Counted from the stretch's first letter, positions 35,493 through 46,831 are shown. The stretch is DNA of 64,000 nt from an uncultured Verrucomicrobiae bacterium (GCA_963815455.1 CAWFGO010000005.1:64001-128000), one strand, 5' to 3'. Notes: generated by a model not told the origin, from the letters alone. Numbers and translations: made by a program.

Positions 35493-37156
35493 GCGGGAAA
35501 CGAATCATCCGGGCGCCGCGCGGGACAAAGCTCAGTTGCAAAGGCTGGCACCAGGAAGCGGCCATGCGGATGATCATGAACAATCTCGATCCGGATGTGG
35601 CCGAGGCTCCGGACCGGCTGGTTGTTTACGGCGGAACGGGACGCGCCGCGCGAAGCTGGGAAGCGTTCGATGCGATTGTCGATTCGCTGCGCAAGCTCGA
35701 GAACGACGAAACGTTGCTTGTTCAATCTGGGAAGCCGGTCGGAAAATTCCGGACGCACGATGAAGCGCCACGGGTTTTGATCGCGAATTCAAACCTCGTC
35801 GGACAATGGAACAATTACGCCGAGTTTAACAAGCTCGAGCGTCTGGGACTGACGATGTACGGACAGATGACCGCCGGCTCGTGGATTTACATCGGCAGTC
35901 AGGGAATCGTTCAGGGAACGTTCGAGACGTTTGCTGCGGCGGGCCGCAGGCATTTCGCCGGCTCGCTGGAAGGAAAGTTTGTTGTAACCGGCGGTCTGGG
36001 TGGAATGGGCGGGGCGCAACCGCTGGCCGCGACCATGAATGGCGCGCTATTTCTCGGAGTCGATGTCGATCCTGCACGGATCGAGAAGAGATTGAAGAGC
36101 GGCTATTGCGACAAGATCGCATGGTCGCTGGATGAAGCACTGAAGCTGATCGATCAGGCGCGCAAAGATCGACAAGCGATTTCAGTCGGGCTCGTCGGCA
36201 ATTGCGCCGATGTTCTGCCCGAAATCGTTAAGCGCGGCGTGGTGCCGGATATTCTCACCGATCAAACCAGCGCGCACGACGCGTTGAACGGGTACGTGCC
36301 GCACGGGATGTCGCTCGAAGACGCGTTGGCGTTGCGGGCAAAAAATCCCGAGTCGTACATCGACAAATCGATGCGTTCGATGGCTGTGCACGTCGAAGCC
36401 ATGCTCGCGCTGAAAAAGAAAGGAGCCGTCACGTTCGATTACGGAAACAACATTCGGGCCCAGGCGCAGAAGGCTGGCGTTAAGAACGCGTTCGATATTC
36501 CCGGGTTCGTTCCGGAGTACATTCGTCCGCTCTTTTGCGAAGGGAAGGGCCCGTTCCGCTGGGTCGCGTTGAGCGGTGATCCCGCCGACATCGCTCGGAC
36601 CGACAAGCTCGCGCTGGAAATCTTCCCGAAGAACGAAACGTTATCTCGCTGGATGAAGCTCGCGAAAGAGCGGATTCAATTTCAAGGATTGCCCGCGCGG
36701 ATTTGCTGGCTCGGCTACGGCGAGCGCGCCGAATTCGGTGTGGCCATGAACGATTTGGTCAAGCGGGGCGAAATCAAAGCGCCCATCGTGATCGGGCGCG
36801 ATCACCTCGATGCCGGCTCGGTTGCATCGCCCAATCGCGAAACCGAGGGGATGATCGACGGCAGCGATGCCATCGCCGATTGGCCGTTGCTCAATGCGCT
36901 GGTGAACACCGCCGCCGGCGCGTCCTGGGTCTCAATCCACAACGGCGGCGGCGTCGGGATCGGTTACTCGCAGCACGCCGGCATGGTCGTGGTCGCCGAC
37001 GGCACGGAAAATTCGAAGCGAAGGTTGGAACGCGTGCTCACCAGCGATCCCGGCATGGGCGTTCTCCGTCATGTTGACGCCGGATATGAGCGTGCAATCG
37101 ATTTCGCTGAAAAAAATAGGATCACGGTGCCCATGAAACCCAATGCACGCGATTAG
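35489..37156 (+). CDS. hutU: Urocanate hydratase
   Basis: [36 protein letters not shown]. Confidence 0.97.
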   Translation: MSGKRIIRAPRGTKLSCKGWHQEAAMRMIMNNLDPDVAEAPDRLVVYGGTGRAARSWEAFDAIVDSLRKLENDETLLVQSGKPVGKFRTHDEAPRVLIANSNLVGQWNNYAEFNKLERLGLTMYGQMTAGSWIYIGSQGIVQGTFETFAAAGRRHFAGSLEGKFVVTGGLGGMGGAQPLAATMNGALFLGVDVDPARIEKRLKSGYCDKIAWSLDEALKLIDQARKDRQAISVGLVGNCADVLPEIVKRGVVPDILTDQTSAHDALNGYVPHGMSLEDALALRAKNPESYIDKSMRSMAVHVEAMLALKKKGAVTFDYGNNIRAQAQKAGVKNAFDIPGFVPEYIRPLFCEGKGPFRWVALSGDPADIARTDKLALEIFPKNETLSRWMKLAKERIQFQGLPARICWLGYGERAEFGVAMNDLVKRGEIKAPIVIGRDHLDAGSVASPNRETEGMIDGSDAIADWPLLNALVNTAAGASWVSIHNGGGVGIGYSQHAGMVVVADGTENSKRRLERVLTSDPGMGVLRHVDAGYERAIDFAEKNRITVPMKPNARD

Positions 37157-37161
37157 TCTAT

Positions 37162-37706
37162 TGTAGCCGGCATCGGTGATGCCGGTTTCTTAGATGCCCA
37201 AACATTTATCCCGGCTCGAGCGTGTGTGGGTCGAGTCACCGATTTATTTCATCACGACCTGCACGTTCAAACGCAGGTCAATTCTAGCATCCGAGAACAT
37301 CGCCAACATTCTTCGCGAGGAATGGCAGAATGCGCACCATCGACATGGATGGGTCATTGGGCGGTAAGTAATCATGCCCGATCACGTGCATTTCTTCTGC
37401 TCTGCCGAATTCAATGCGACGAAATTGTCGAAATTTCTGCAGTCATGGAAACAATGGACGAGTAAACGTATCAGCCGTGAGGTTGGCCTTTTGGGGAAAA
37501 TTTGGCAGGCAGAGTTCTTCGATCACGTCTTGCGATCAGGCGAAAGCTACAGTCAAAAATGGGACTACGTGAGAGAGAATCCAAAGCGCGCCGGATTAGT
37601 TGCAAACAGAGATGATTGGTTGTGGCAGGGCGAAATCGAGTCACTCATCTTGTAGTTTGCGCCAAACAGCGGAATTCAAGATCCGGGATCACCGATCCCG
37701 GCTACA
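37162..37706 (+). mobile_element. REP-RAYT-REP element 2
   Basis: TGTAGCCGGCATCGGTGATGCCGG (37162-85) and CCGGGATCACCGATCCCGGCTACA (37683-706) flank a RAYT gene. Confidence 0.88.
37194..37655 (+). pseudogene. RAYT transposase with an in-frame TAA at 37365
   Basis: MPKHLSRL..IYFITTCT..GR*VIMPDHVHF..WQAEFFDHVLR..YVRENP. Confidence 0.88.
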
Positions 37707-37772
37707 GATTCATCGAATCGGACAAATTTTGGTAAGCCGGCGCTCGTATGCTACTAATCAGTCGCAACTTAT

Positions 37773-37885
37773 ATGCAAAAACTGATTGAATGCGTGCCGA
37801 ATTTTTCCGAGGGGCGCGTTCTGAATGTGATTCGTCCGATTGCCGATGCGATTCAGTCAGTGAATAGCGTTTCGCCGCTCGATGG
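37773..37885 (+). pseudogene. ftcD: 5' remnant of glutamate formimidoyltransferase
   Basis: MQKLIECVPNFSEGR..VIRPIADAIQSV..LD, then homology ends; lies downstream of hutHU. Confidence 0.8.
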
Positions 37886-37911
37886 GATACGCCAGCGAAT
37901 GTCCTCTCTTA

Positions 37912-39310
37912 TTATCCGCCTGGCGGTGGAAGTTGATTCATGAAACCGAGGTCGGACGTGGAGAATCGATTGATGTTTGGCAGGACGGTAACCAGGTCAG
38001 TCGGGCTGGAAATTCCGTACCATTTTGCCAGTGTGGCCGAGTACTGATCGACAGAGGTGCTTGGTACCCATCGGCCTTCGCCGATGTCGTCCGGTCCGTT
38101 GAGCGCGAGCGTCGGATAGGCGCCGTATATGTCGCCACCTTTGACGGAACCACCGAGCACCATCGAGTGGCTGCCCCAGGCGTGGTCTGCGCCTGAGCCG
38201 TTGGCTTGAAATGTTCGCCCGAAGTCCGAGGCGGTAAACAAGGTTACGCGATCGGTGATATTGAGTTCCTCGGTGGCCTGATAAAAGGCGCTCATGCACT
38301 GGCTCAATTCGGCTAACAGATTCGCTTGAGAGGCCATCTCGTTGCTATGGGTATCGTAACCGCCTACCGAGCAAAAGAAAATCTGGCGCCGCATTCCGAG
38401 GGCTTCTCGCGCGGCGATGATTTTGGCGATCGTTTGCAGTTGGTCGCTGAGATCGGAGTTACCGGGAAACGGAGTATTGAGCGTGATTCCGTTCAGCGCG
38501 CTTTTGAGCAGCGCGTCATTGGTAATGGCGCGGTTGGTGATTCTTGCGAACTCGGCTTCAAACAGGTTCTGGTGGGGCAGGTTGAGCAAGTCCTGCACGG
38601 CTTGGTAGCGGATTTGTCCGTTGTGCCCGCCGAACCCGGTCAAACTGATGGGCCCGGCATTTGAGACCTGGTTATCGGAGACAGTTCGGCCGACTTGAAA
38701 AGCATTGGCGCCGGCGAGGGAGATCGACATCGAAATCGTGTCGACGTTGTTGAAGGAAGTGAGGAGATCGGCCAGTCGTCCACCCCAGCCACTGGTTGGC
38801 GGTGCATCGGGCCAGCCGGTCTGCCATTCCACCTGTTGATCGGCATGTGAAAAAAGCTGCGGCGGGAGCTTGGCGGTGCCGTTGAGGTATTGCACCCGGG
38901 TAGTCGGCTCGACCAAGGTGCCGACATTCGCCATGAGTGCGAGTTTGCGATCGTTATTAAAAAGCGATTGCAACTCAGGCATGTTTGGATGCAATCCAAA
39001 AGTGCGGCCCTGGCCGTCCGGAGTCACCAGATTGAGCGGGAGCAGCGAGTCTTGCGCGAGCGCCAGTGGACCGCGGGCGGCGGAGTAAACTTGATAGCCG
39101 GACGCATCCGTCGGCACGATCATATTATTGGCGTCGTTGCCCCCGTACAAAAAACAGACAGACGAGAGCGCGGAATTCGGTGCTGGAACCTATGGCCTGG
39201 GCAGTGGCGGCGTTGATCGCGCGCAAGTTCCAGACGGTGGACGCGATGGAGGTAGTGCCGAGCGCGGCGCAGGCCGCCTGTCGAAGAAAACTGCGACGAG
39301 TGATTTCCAT
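37912..39310 (-). CDS. DUF1501 family Tat-exported protein (+1 homopolymer frameshift near 39150)
   Basis: ITRRSFL Tat motif, LVCLF/LYGGND, LFSHADQ, GGYDTH, SDFGRT, DHAWG. Confidence 0.88.
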
Positions 39311-39328
39311 ATGATTTTGCGGGGTAAA

Positions 39329-40960
39329 CTATCTTTCAGTGACGAACTCCGGCGAGGTAGCGAGGAGGTGAACAGCGGTTTGAGCGCGTTCGAGCGTGCT
39401 TGTCGGAGGAATCTGGGTTACGGCGTTGACCACAATATTTCGCGTCGCGGCCGACATGTTCCCGTTCATCAGCAAATCTTTGAGCGAATCGACCATTGCG
39501 CCGGGATCGGAAGCCTTCGCCGTTAGCGAAGATAAATTGAGGACGAGCGCATCCGGATTCCCAACGGAAGTCTGTTGATAGGTGGCTCTGCGCATTTTAT
39601 TGGCGGACGTGATGACCGTGGTGTCGGTGGTGATCTGAAATTCGGGGGATAACAATCCCGCCTGCTCGATTGCGCCTGGTTGCGCATAATCCGGTGCGAA
39701 GAAATTAAACACGCTCGGGGCGAAGAGCGGCGCTTGGCCGAATGTAAAGGACTGGTCGTTGACGATAAATTTGCCGCTCGCAGATGAGGCGCTGAAAGCG
39801 CGGTAAAGATTCGCCAGTCGAATGACCGGTTCGCGCTCTTTCCCATAACCCGCGGCTGTCGTCTGGGCGCTCGAACGGGCTTCGTTGTCGAGAAGAATGG
39901 CTTGCACGACAGCCTTGAGGTCGCCCCGGATGCCCTTGCCGTTATTCGCGAAAACGGCGGCGACGCGTGAAATGTAACCCGGCGACGGATTGCTCGTGAT
40001 CAGGCGCTGAATCAATCGGCGCGCAATAAACGGCCCGGTGTTCGGATGATTGAACAACTGGTCCAACGCGGCTTTCAGGTCCTGGGCCTGGGTCTGATTG
40101 GCCGGCAATGTAACTCCGTTCAAAAGCGTTTTGGGCCCCGTGTCGTGATGCTCGGAGAAGGCCATCATTGGCTGGCGATAATTGGGCGGGGCCCAACTCC
40201 AGGTCGGCATGCCGGTTTGCGCCCAATACCAGCCCGTGAACACGTGGGCAAAGCCTTCGACCGCGTCCTGATCGTAGCTTGGAATCGGCTGATTGTTGGC
40301 GTCGCGTTGCTGAGAGCCGTCAGGATTGAGTTTATAGAGCCCAATGGTGAAGAGCTGCATGACTTCGCGAGCGTAGTTCTCGTTGGGCTCGGTATTCCGA
40401 TAATGGTTCGGCTTATCGTTATGAACCATGTCGAGGTAATCGCCCATGGCTGGATTCAACGTCACGTCCTCGATTAGCGTCCGGAAATTGGCGAATGCAT
40501 CCCGGGCCAGAAGGTCCCAATAAACCGCCATCGCTTCGGGATGCTCGAACATCCCGTTGCCATTGGCCGAAACCACCATGATCTCGCTAAGAGCGAAAGC
40601 GACTCGCTGCCGGAGTTGGTCGGGCGCGTTTACAACGGTGTACCACCAAGCTTCCTGGAATTGGCGGTTAGATGGCCCGTCGTCCGGAGGTAATGCCGCT
40701 ACGGCTGCGTCGACGCGCGGAAGTGTAGCGGAGGCGGAAGTGGCAAACTGTTGCTTCAAGAACTTGTTAAATCCTTTTTTCTGCACCTGCGAAATCAGCG
40801 CCGTGGTCGGACCGAACGTGGCTTGATTGAGAAAACGGGCCGCGTCCGAACTGGTCACTTTGCCGGCCTTGCTCTTCGCCTCCGCGGCAGCGGCGAGGCT
40901 GATCAGAAGAATGCTTGTGGAAAGAGCGAAGTATTTCGCTTGGAAGAAAGGGGGTTTCAT
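39329..40960 (-). CDS. DUF1800 family protein
   Basis: AARFLNQATFGP, DQLRQRVAFALSEI, PNENYAREVMQLFTIGL, SPEF. Confidence 0.92.
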   Translation of the reverse strand: MKPPFFQAKYFALSTSILLISLAAAAEAKSKAGKVTSSDAARFLNQATFGPTTALISQVQKKGFNKFLKQQFATSASATLPRVDAAVAALPPDDGPSNRQFQEAWWYTVVNAPDQLRQRVAFALSEIMVVSANGNGMFEHPEAMAVYWDLLARDAFANFRTLIEDVTLNPAMGDYLDMVHNDKPNHYRNTEPNENYAREVMQLFTIGLYKLNPDGSQQRDANNQPIPSYDQDAVEGFAHVFTGWYWAQTGMPTWSWAPPNYRQPMMAFSEHHDTGPKTLLNGVTLPANQTQAQDLKAALDQLFNHPNTGPFIARRLIQRLITSNPSPGYISRVAAVFANNGKGIRGDLKAVVQAILLDNEARSSAQTTAAGYGKEREPVIRLANLYRAFSASSASGKFIVNDQSFTFGQAPLFAPSVFNFFAPDYAQPGAIEQAGLLSPEFQITTDTTVITSANKMRRATYQQTSVGNPDALVLNLSSLTAKASDPGAMVDSLKDLLMNGNMSAATRNIVVNAVTQIPPTSTLERAQTAVHLLATSPEFVTER

Positions 40961-41061
40961 AGTGGGATTGGCCGAAACGCTCGCTATTTTGCAGCAAGAG
41001 TTGAACCATAATTGCCATAATTGTGACGGTTGTGACGGGAACGCGGCAAGGGTTCACTTTT

Positions 41062-41134
41062 TTGAACGTTGAACGTTGAGCGTTGAGCGTTGGCCGATTG
41101 CGAGCATGAGCATGAGCATGAGCATGAGCACGAG
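41062..41134. repeat. Adjacent 7-mer (TTGARCG) and 6-mer (GAGCAT) tandem arrays
   Basis: TTGAACG x2, TTGAGCG x2, TTGGCCG (41062-96); GAGCAT x4 plus GAGCAC (41102-31). Confidence 0.8.
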
Positions 41135-42728
41135 TAAAAGCAGATATGACGTCGTCATTCTGGGCGCGGGGCATAACGGTCTCGTGGCTGCGAGTTATCT
41201 CGGCCGCGCGGGACTGAGTGTGCTGCTTCTGGAAAAAAACGATTACATCGGCGGTGCGACGACTTCACAGAAGGTTTTTCCCGATTATGACGCGCGGCTT
41301 TCGCGCTACTCGTATCTGGTCAGTTTGTTTCCGGAGAAAATTATTCGTGATCTCGGATTGAATCTCGAGCTCCGGCGGCGCGCGATCGGGTCGTTTACGC
41401 CCTACCTCAAAGACGGCCGCCACGATGGATTGCTGCTGAGCAATGTCGATGAAGAGGCGAGCCGTCGATCGATTGTCGATCTTACTGGAAGCGATGCCGA
41501 GTACGAACAGATGAAGAAGTTTTACAATTTGTCGCGGGTGTTTGCCGAACATTCCTGGGATTCCATGCTCGAGCCGCTCGTGGCCAAGGAGGAGTTTCAG
41601 CGCCGGTTCGATGTCGATCCTGTTTCACGCGAGGCGTGGCGCAGTCTGGCCGAGGAACCGCTCGGACGCGCAATCGAGCGTCATTTGAAAAACGATCTGG
41701 TGCGCGGCCTCGTCCTGACCGATGCCAAGATCGGCGTCTTTACCCATCCCCACGATCCGTCGCTCCTGCAGAATCGCTGTTTTCTTTATCACTTGATCGG
41801 TAACAAGACCGGCGAATGGAAGGTGCCGGTAGGCGGGATGGGTGCGGTGGCGTTTGAACTGGAACAGGCCGCGCGAAAAGCCGGCGCCGAATTCGTCACC
41901 AATGTCGATCTTCGCGCTGTCGATGGGAGAGGGGAGAACAAGACCGTTGAGTTTGAAATCAATGAGGAACGGCAGAGGGTCGAGGCGCGATTTCTTTTGG
42001 TCAACTTTGGCCGGAATGTCCTGGGAAAATTAACCGGCCAATTATTTCAGCCCGAGCGCACGGACGAAGGCTCCGTGTTCAAAATTAACATGCTGCTTCG
42101 GCGATTACCCAAGTTGAAGGCGAAGAATCATCCGGCGACCGAGGCGTGGTGCGGAACGTTTCATAGTGACGAAGGCTACGAAGCGATGAAAGTGAGCTAC
42201 GATCAGGCCTCGAAGGGGCAATTACCGGACAAGACACCGTGCGAGGTGTATTGCCACACCCTGACCGACGACAGCATTCTCGCTCCGGAGCTGCGGGAAC
42301 AAGGTTTTCATACGATGACACTTTTCGGGCTCGACGCGCCCTACTCGCTATTTGCGCGTGACAACAAAACGATGCGAGCGGATGCCGAGAAAAAATTTCT
42401 CGCGAGCATGAATCAGTGGCTGGAAGAACCGCTCGAAGCATGCCTCGCCGTTGGACGCAATGGCGAACCCTGCATTGAGAGCAAGAGCCCGCTGGATATC
42501 GAGAACGCGCTGGGGATGTATCACGGCAATATTTTTCACGACGCCCCGACGTGGCCATTCGCGATCGAAGAGGCACAAGCCGGCACCTGGGGCGTCGAAA
42601 CCGAATTCGAAAATGTGTTTCTATGCGGCTCGAGCGCGCAGCGCGGCGGCGCGGTCAGCGGCATTCCCGGGCACAATGCAGCGATGAAAGTGCTGAAAGC
42701 GTTGGTTCCGGGGAGCACAGGCTGCTAG
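41106..42728 (+). CDS. Phytoene desaturase-like FAD-dependent oxidoreductase
   Basis: GAGHNGLVAA, GGMG, GNIFH, GGAVSGIPGHNAA; start is one of four ATGs inside the hexamer array. Confidence 0.88.
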   Translation: MSMSMSMSTSKSRYDVVILGAGHNGLVAASYLGRAGLSVLLLEKNDYIGGATTSQKVFPDYDARLSRYSYLVSLFPEKIIRDLGLNLELRRRAIGSFTPYLKDGRHDGLLLSNVDEEASRRSIVDLTGSDAEYEQMKKFYNLSRVFAEHSWDSMLEPLVAKEEFQRRFDVDPVSREAWRSLAEEPLGRAIERHLKNDLVRGLVLTDAKIGVFTHPHDPSLLQNRCFLYHLIGNKTGEWKVPVGGMGAVAFELEQAARKAGAEFVTNVDLRAVDGRGENKTVEFEINEERQRVEARFLLVNFGRNVLGKLTGQLFQPERTDEGSVFKINMLLRRLPKLKAKNHPATEAWCGTFHSDEGYEAMKVSYDQASKGQLPDKTPCEVYCHTLTDDSILAPELREQGFHTMTLFGLDAPYSLFARDNKTMRADAEKKFLASMNQWLEEPLEACLAVGRNGEPCIESKSPLDIENALGMYHGNIFHDAPTWPFAIEEAQAGTWGVETEFENVFLCGSSAQRGGAVSGIPGHNAAMKVLKALVPGSTGC

Positions 42729-42835
42729 CCTGTTCGTCTCGGCAGCTTGCCGAGACGTTTCCGAATTGTTGTTCGCTTTGCGAAAGTGTTGCCGGCAAGC
42801 TGCCGGCAACTGCAGGCTAGCAGCCTGCGCTCCCC
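42710..42835. mobile_element. Non-autonomous (MITE/REPIN) copy of the recG-inserted element
   Basis: GGGGAGCACAGGCTGCTAGCCTGT + GTCTCGGCAGCTTGCCGAGAC ... GTTGCCGGCAAGCTGCCGGCAAC + GCAGGCTAGCAGCCTGCGCTCCCC. Confidence 0.9.
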
Positions 42836-42853
42836 AGATCTGAGATGTCGAGC

Positions 42854-44783
42854 TTAATGAGTGACGGTCGATTTTTCCCATTCACCCGTCAGGCGTGCGA
42901 GCTCCTCAGTAACGGCGGACAGTTCGCGATTAACGGCGACGGCGCGGCCGCCGGATTCGTAGGCGGCGGGATCTTCGAGAATGGCCAGAAGTTCTTTTTG
43001 CTGGCCTTCCAGCGCGGCAATTTTCATTTCGAGCTCGCGCAGGCGTTTTTCCCTGGCCCGCTTGGCCTGGCCAATCGCATTGCGCGCTTCGGCTTCCAAA
43101 CGTTTCTGCGCTTTCCGTGAGCCGGCAGAGCGGGGCGCGGTTTCGGCGCCATTCGATTGTCGATCCTGGCAGGCCTTGTCCGGAAGTGAGTGCGGTTCGT
43201 GCCGACGTGGCTTTCGATTTGTCCAAATAGTATTGGTAGTCGCCGGGATATGGCGTCAGCCGGCCGACGGCGATGTGAAGGATGCTCTTGGCAATGGCGC
43301 GGATGAAATGCACGTCGTGGCTGATGAAGATGAGCGTTCCGTGATATTGCTTGAGCGCACCGATCAGCGCATCGATCGATCCAACATCGAGATGCGTTGT
43401 CGGCTCATCCATGAGCAGGAGATTGGGCGGATCGAGCAGAAGCTTGACCAGCGCTAAACGGGACTTTTCACCGCCACTGAGCACTGCCACCGATTTGAAA
43501 ACGTCGTCGCCGCGAAACAAGAACGACCCAAGAACAGTGCGTGCCGTTTGCTCGGAAACGGGGTTGGGCGCGTCGAGCGCACTTTCGAGAACTGTGTGAC
43601 GCGGGTTTAAGACATCGATGCGATTCTGGGAAAAGTAACCGACCCGAACATTGTGTCCGAGATCGCGCGTGCCCTTCTGCACCTCCAGAACGCCGGCGAG
43701 CAATTTGAGCAGCGTGGATTTGCCCGCGCCGTTTGGGCCGACCAGAACGGTGCGCTGTCCGCGCTCGGCATGAAATTGCATTCCCCGATAAACGACGAGG
43801 TCGCCGTAGGCATGATCGATATCTTTCAGCGTGATAACACGCAGACCGCTTCGCGGCGGCTGGGGAAAATGAAACTTGATTGTTCTCGCGTGGGCGGTCG
43901 GGGCCGCGATTTTTTCCATGCGATCGATCTGCTTCAGTTTGCTTTGCGCCTGCGAAGCTTTGCTGGCCTTTGCTCGAAAGCGATCGGCAAAAAGTTGCAG
44001 CGAGGCGATCTCCTTTTGTTGATTCTTGTAAGCTGAGAGTTGTTGCGCTTCGCGGGCTGCTTTCTGTTCGATGTAGCTGTCCCAGTTGCCGCGATAACGG
44101 ACCAGCTTCGAATTCGCGATCTCGACGATGCCCCCAACAAGCTGGTTCAGAAACTCGCGGTCGTGGGAGATCATCACGATCGCGCCCGGATAAGTTCGCA
44201 GATATTCCTGAAACCACTGGAGCGATTCCAGATCGAGATGGTTCGTCGGCTCATCGAGAAGAAGAAGATCCGGCTCCATCACCAGAAGGCGGGCAAGATG
44301 TGCGCGCATGACCCAGCCGCCACTCAGTGCCCGCGCCGGCCGATCAAAATCACTTTCTCGAAAGGCGAGTCCCGCGAGCACGCGTTTCGCCTTCGGTTCG
44401 AGCTGCCAGCCGCCGTGCTCGTCGAAAACGTGCAAAGCACGATGATACGCCGCGTCATCGGACCCGGCACCGAGCTCGTGTTGTTTAATGACCTTTTGCG
44501 CGTGGACAAGCTCCGGCGTGATTGCCAAAGCCAGCTCGAGCACGGTTTCGTCACCTGCCGCCGCAGTTTCCTGCGGCAGAAATCCGATCGTTACGCTTTT
44601 TTCGGATGCAACCTCGCCGCTGTCAGGAGAGATCTCGCCGAGAATGAGCGAGAATAGGGTGGATTTGCCGGCGCCATTTGGCCCGACCAGTCCGAGGCGA
44701 TCGCCGCGATTGACTTGGAGCGAGACCTTGTCAAAGAGCGGGCGGCCGCTAAACGATTTGCTGAGCTGAGAGACGGTGAGCAT
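42854..44783 (-). CDS. ABC-F family ATPase (+1 frameshift near 43150-43185)
   Basis: Two GPNGAGKS Walker A motifs, LSGGW, LDEPTNHLD, LSGGEK; the C-terminal coiled coil continues in ORF 42854-43099. Confidence 0.9.
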
Positions 44784-44846
44784 TGCGAAACGCGAAGTGT
44801 TCACGCGCTCGGCGCTGTGCGCAACCCATGTTCGGTTGCTGGGCAG

Positions 44847-45398
44847 TTAGATTTTGCGTGAGTCGTAGGCCCAGTGGAGCAGCGCCTGGCGTTGCTTGCG
44901 CCGGCAATTCAGATCGCGCGGACGGCAGTTCTTCCTCAGTTGCGCAACATGCCGGCGAACAGCCTTCCATCGCTCGATCTGGCGTTCATCATCGATGCAG
45001 CGGCGCCCCATGTAGTAGCGGCAATACCATTGAAACCAGCCGCGCGGATCTTGGTCATAAATCCATCCTTTCTTCCGCCAAACAGAGAGTGGTTGCGACG
45101 CGTTCACGCCGAAAAAGTTCAGCGCCGGATCGTGTCGATCCTGGCAAAGCTTCGCTCGCGTGAGCCAGTCGGCCGGAAATTCCGCCGTGCAATCGTTCAT
45201 GTATCTGCCGCCGAATACGCCGAGCCGCAGCATTTGTTTGGGCGAAAGCTCGGGCCGGAAATCGAAACGAAAATCGCGCCCGACCGGCTTCGTCCGATAA
45301 TAAACGTAGCCCTTCTGCATCAGGTCGTTTACTTCGATGCGAAGTGGTCTTGGGCATTGGCCACCGCGTTCTCTAGACTTGCTTTTTCTGTGTCCCAT
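44847..45398 (-). CDS. Conserved hypothetical protein
   Basis: PKQMLRLGVFGGRY, KGWI..QDPRGWFQWYCRYY.GRR, RQALLHWAYD. Confidence 0.75.
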   Translation of the reverse strand: MGHRKSKSRERGGQCPRPLRIEVNDLMQKGYVYYRTKPVGRDFRFDFRPELSPKQMLRLGVFGGRYMNDCTAEFPADWLTRAKLCQDRHDPALNFFGVNASQPLSVWRKKGWIYDQDPRGWFQWYCRYYMGRRCIDDERQIERWKAVRRHVAQLRKNCRPRDLNCRRKQRQALLHWAYDSRKI

Positions 45399-45414
45399 GG
45401 CTGAGAAATAGACG

Positions 45415-46553
45415 ATGCGCATTTTTGTTCCAAAGGAAACAACTCCCGGAGAAAGGCGCGCGGCCATTGTTCCTGAGACGGTGAAGAAATTCCTAGCACT
45501 GGGAGCTGAGGTCGGGATCGAGCACGGGCTAGGCGATTTGATCTGTCGCAGCGACGTGGAATATCAAAGCGCCGGCGCCGCCGTGATCGCAGATCGCACA
45601 TCCGGTTTAGGCGAGGCCGACTGCGTGCTGCGGTTGCAAAAACCGTCCGCTGCCGAAATCGCGCAGTTGCGGGAGCATTGCGTTCACATCAGTTTTCTCG
45701 ATCCGTTTAACGAACGCGATCTCATCGAGCGCTTCGCGGCAGCCAAGGTGAGCGCGATCTGCATGGAAATGATTCCGCGCTCAACGATCGCGCAAAAAAT
45801 GGACGCGCTGAGCTCGCAGTCGAGCCTCGCTGGATATCACGCGATAATCCTCGCAGCCGATGAGCTCGACCGCATTTTCCCAATGATGATGACTCCTGCC
45901 GGCACGATCCAGCCGGCGCGCGTTTTCGTGATCGGCGTAGGCGTGGCAGGTTTGCAAGCAATCGCGACGGCAAAGCGGCTCGGCGCGCGCGTGGAAGCAT
46001 TCGACACGCGGCCGGTGGTGGAAGAGCAGGTACGTTCGCTGGGCGCCCGGTTCGTAAGAGTCGATCTGGGCGAGACTGGTCAGACCGAACAGGGCTATGC
46101 AAAAGCGCTGACTGAAGAACAGCTCGCGGCGCAACGCGAAGTCATGGCCAAACATTGTGCAAATGTCCGACGTGGTGATCACATCCGCGCAAGTCTTTGG
46201 CCGAAAAGCGCCGGTGATTGTGACAACGGAGATGGTGAAGCGAATGAAACCTGGCAGCATCGTTATCGATCTTGCAATCGAAACTGGTGGAAACGTCGGA
46301 GTGCGCGGAGTTCGACAAGGTGGTGGAAGTCAATGGTGTCCGCGTTTTCGGATACGCTAACATGCCCTCGCGTGCGGCCTGGCCGGCCAGCGAAATGTAT
46401 TCGAATAACGTGGGAGCGCTGGTCGAACATCTCTGGAATAAGGAACAGAAGACCATCGTTGTTGATCCCGCGGACGAATTGCTGCGCGGTTGTCTCATCA
46501 CGCACGCGGGCAATGTCGTCAACGAAACCATCAGGAAACACCACAAGTTATGA
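45415..46553 (+). CDS. pntA: NAD(P) transhydrogenase subunit alpha part 1 (two +1 frameshifts near 46160 and 46297)
   Basis: VPKET..GERR, AQKMDALSS, GVGVAGLQA; continues as SDVVITSAQVFGRKAP and ASEMYSNN in other frames. Confidence 0.9.
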
Positions 46554-46828
46554 TCGACATCTTCATTTTTATTTTTGTCCTGTCTGTTTTTCTCGGTTTT
46601 GAGTTGATCTCGAAAGTCCCATCGCAATTGCACACTCCCTTGATGTCAGGGTCGAACGCGATTTCGGGCATCACCATTGTCGGCGCGCTGGTGGCGGCGG
46701 GTGTGGGCGGCGGCGAGTTCGCCACGTGGCTGGGCTTCATCGCCGTGATTTGCGCCACAATCAACGTGGTGGGCGGCTATCTCGTGACCGACCGGATGCT
46801 GGCGATGTTCAGGAAAAAGAAAGAGTAG
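46550..46828 (+). CDS. pntA: NAD(P) transhydrogenase subunit alpha part 2
   Basis: LHTPLMSGSNAISG, NVVGGYLVTDRMLAMF. Confidence 0.93.
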   Translation: MIDIFIFIFVLSVFLGFELISKVPSQLHTPLMSGSNAISGITIVGALVAAGVGGGEFATWLGFIAVICATINVVGGYLVTDRMLAMFRKKKE

Positions 46829-46831
46829 GCG

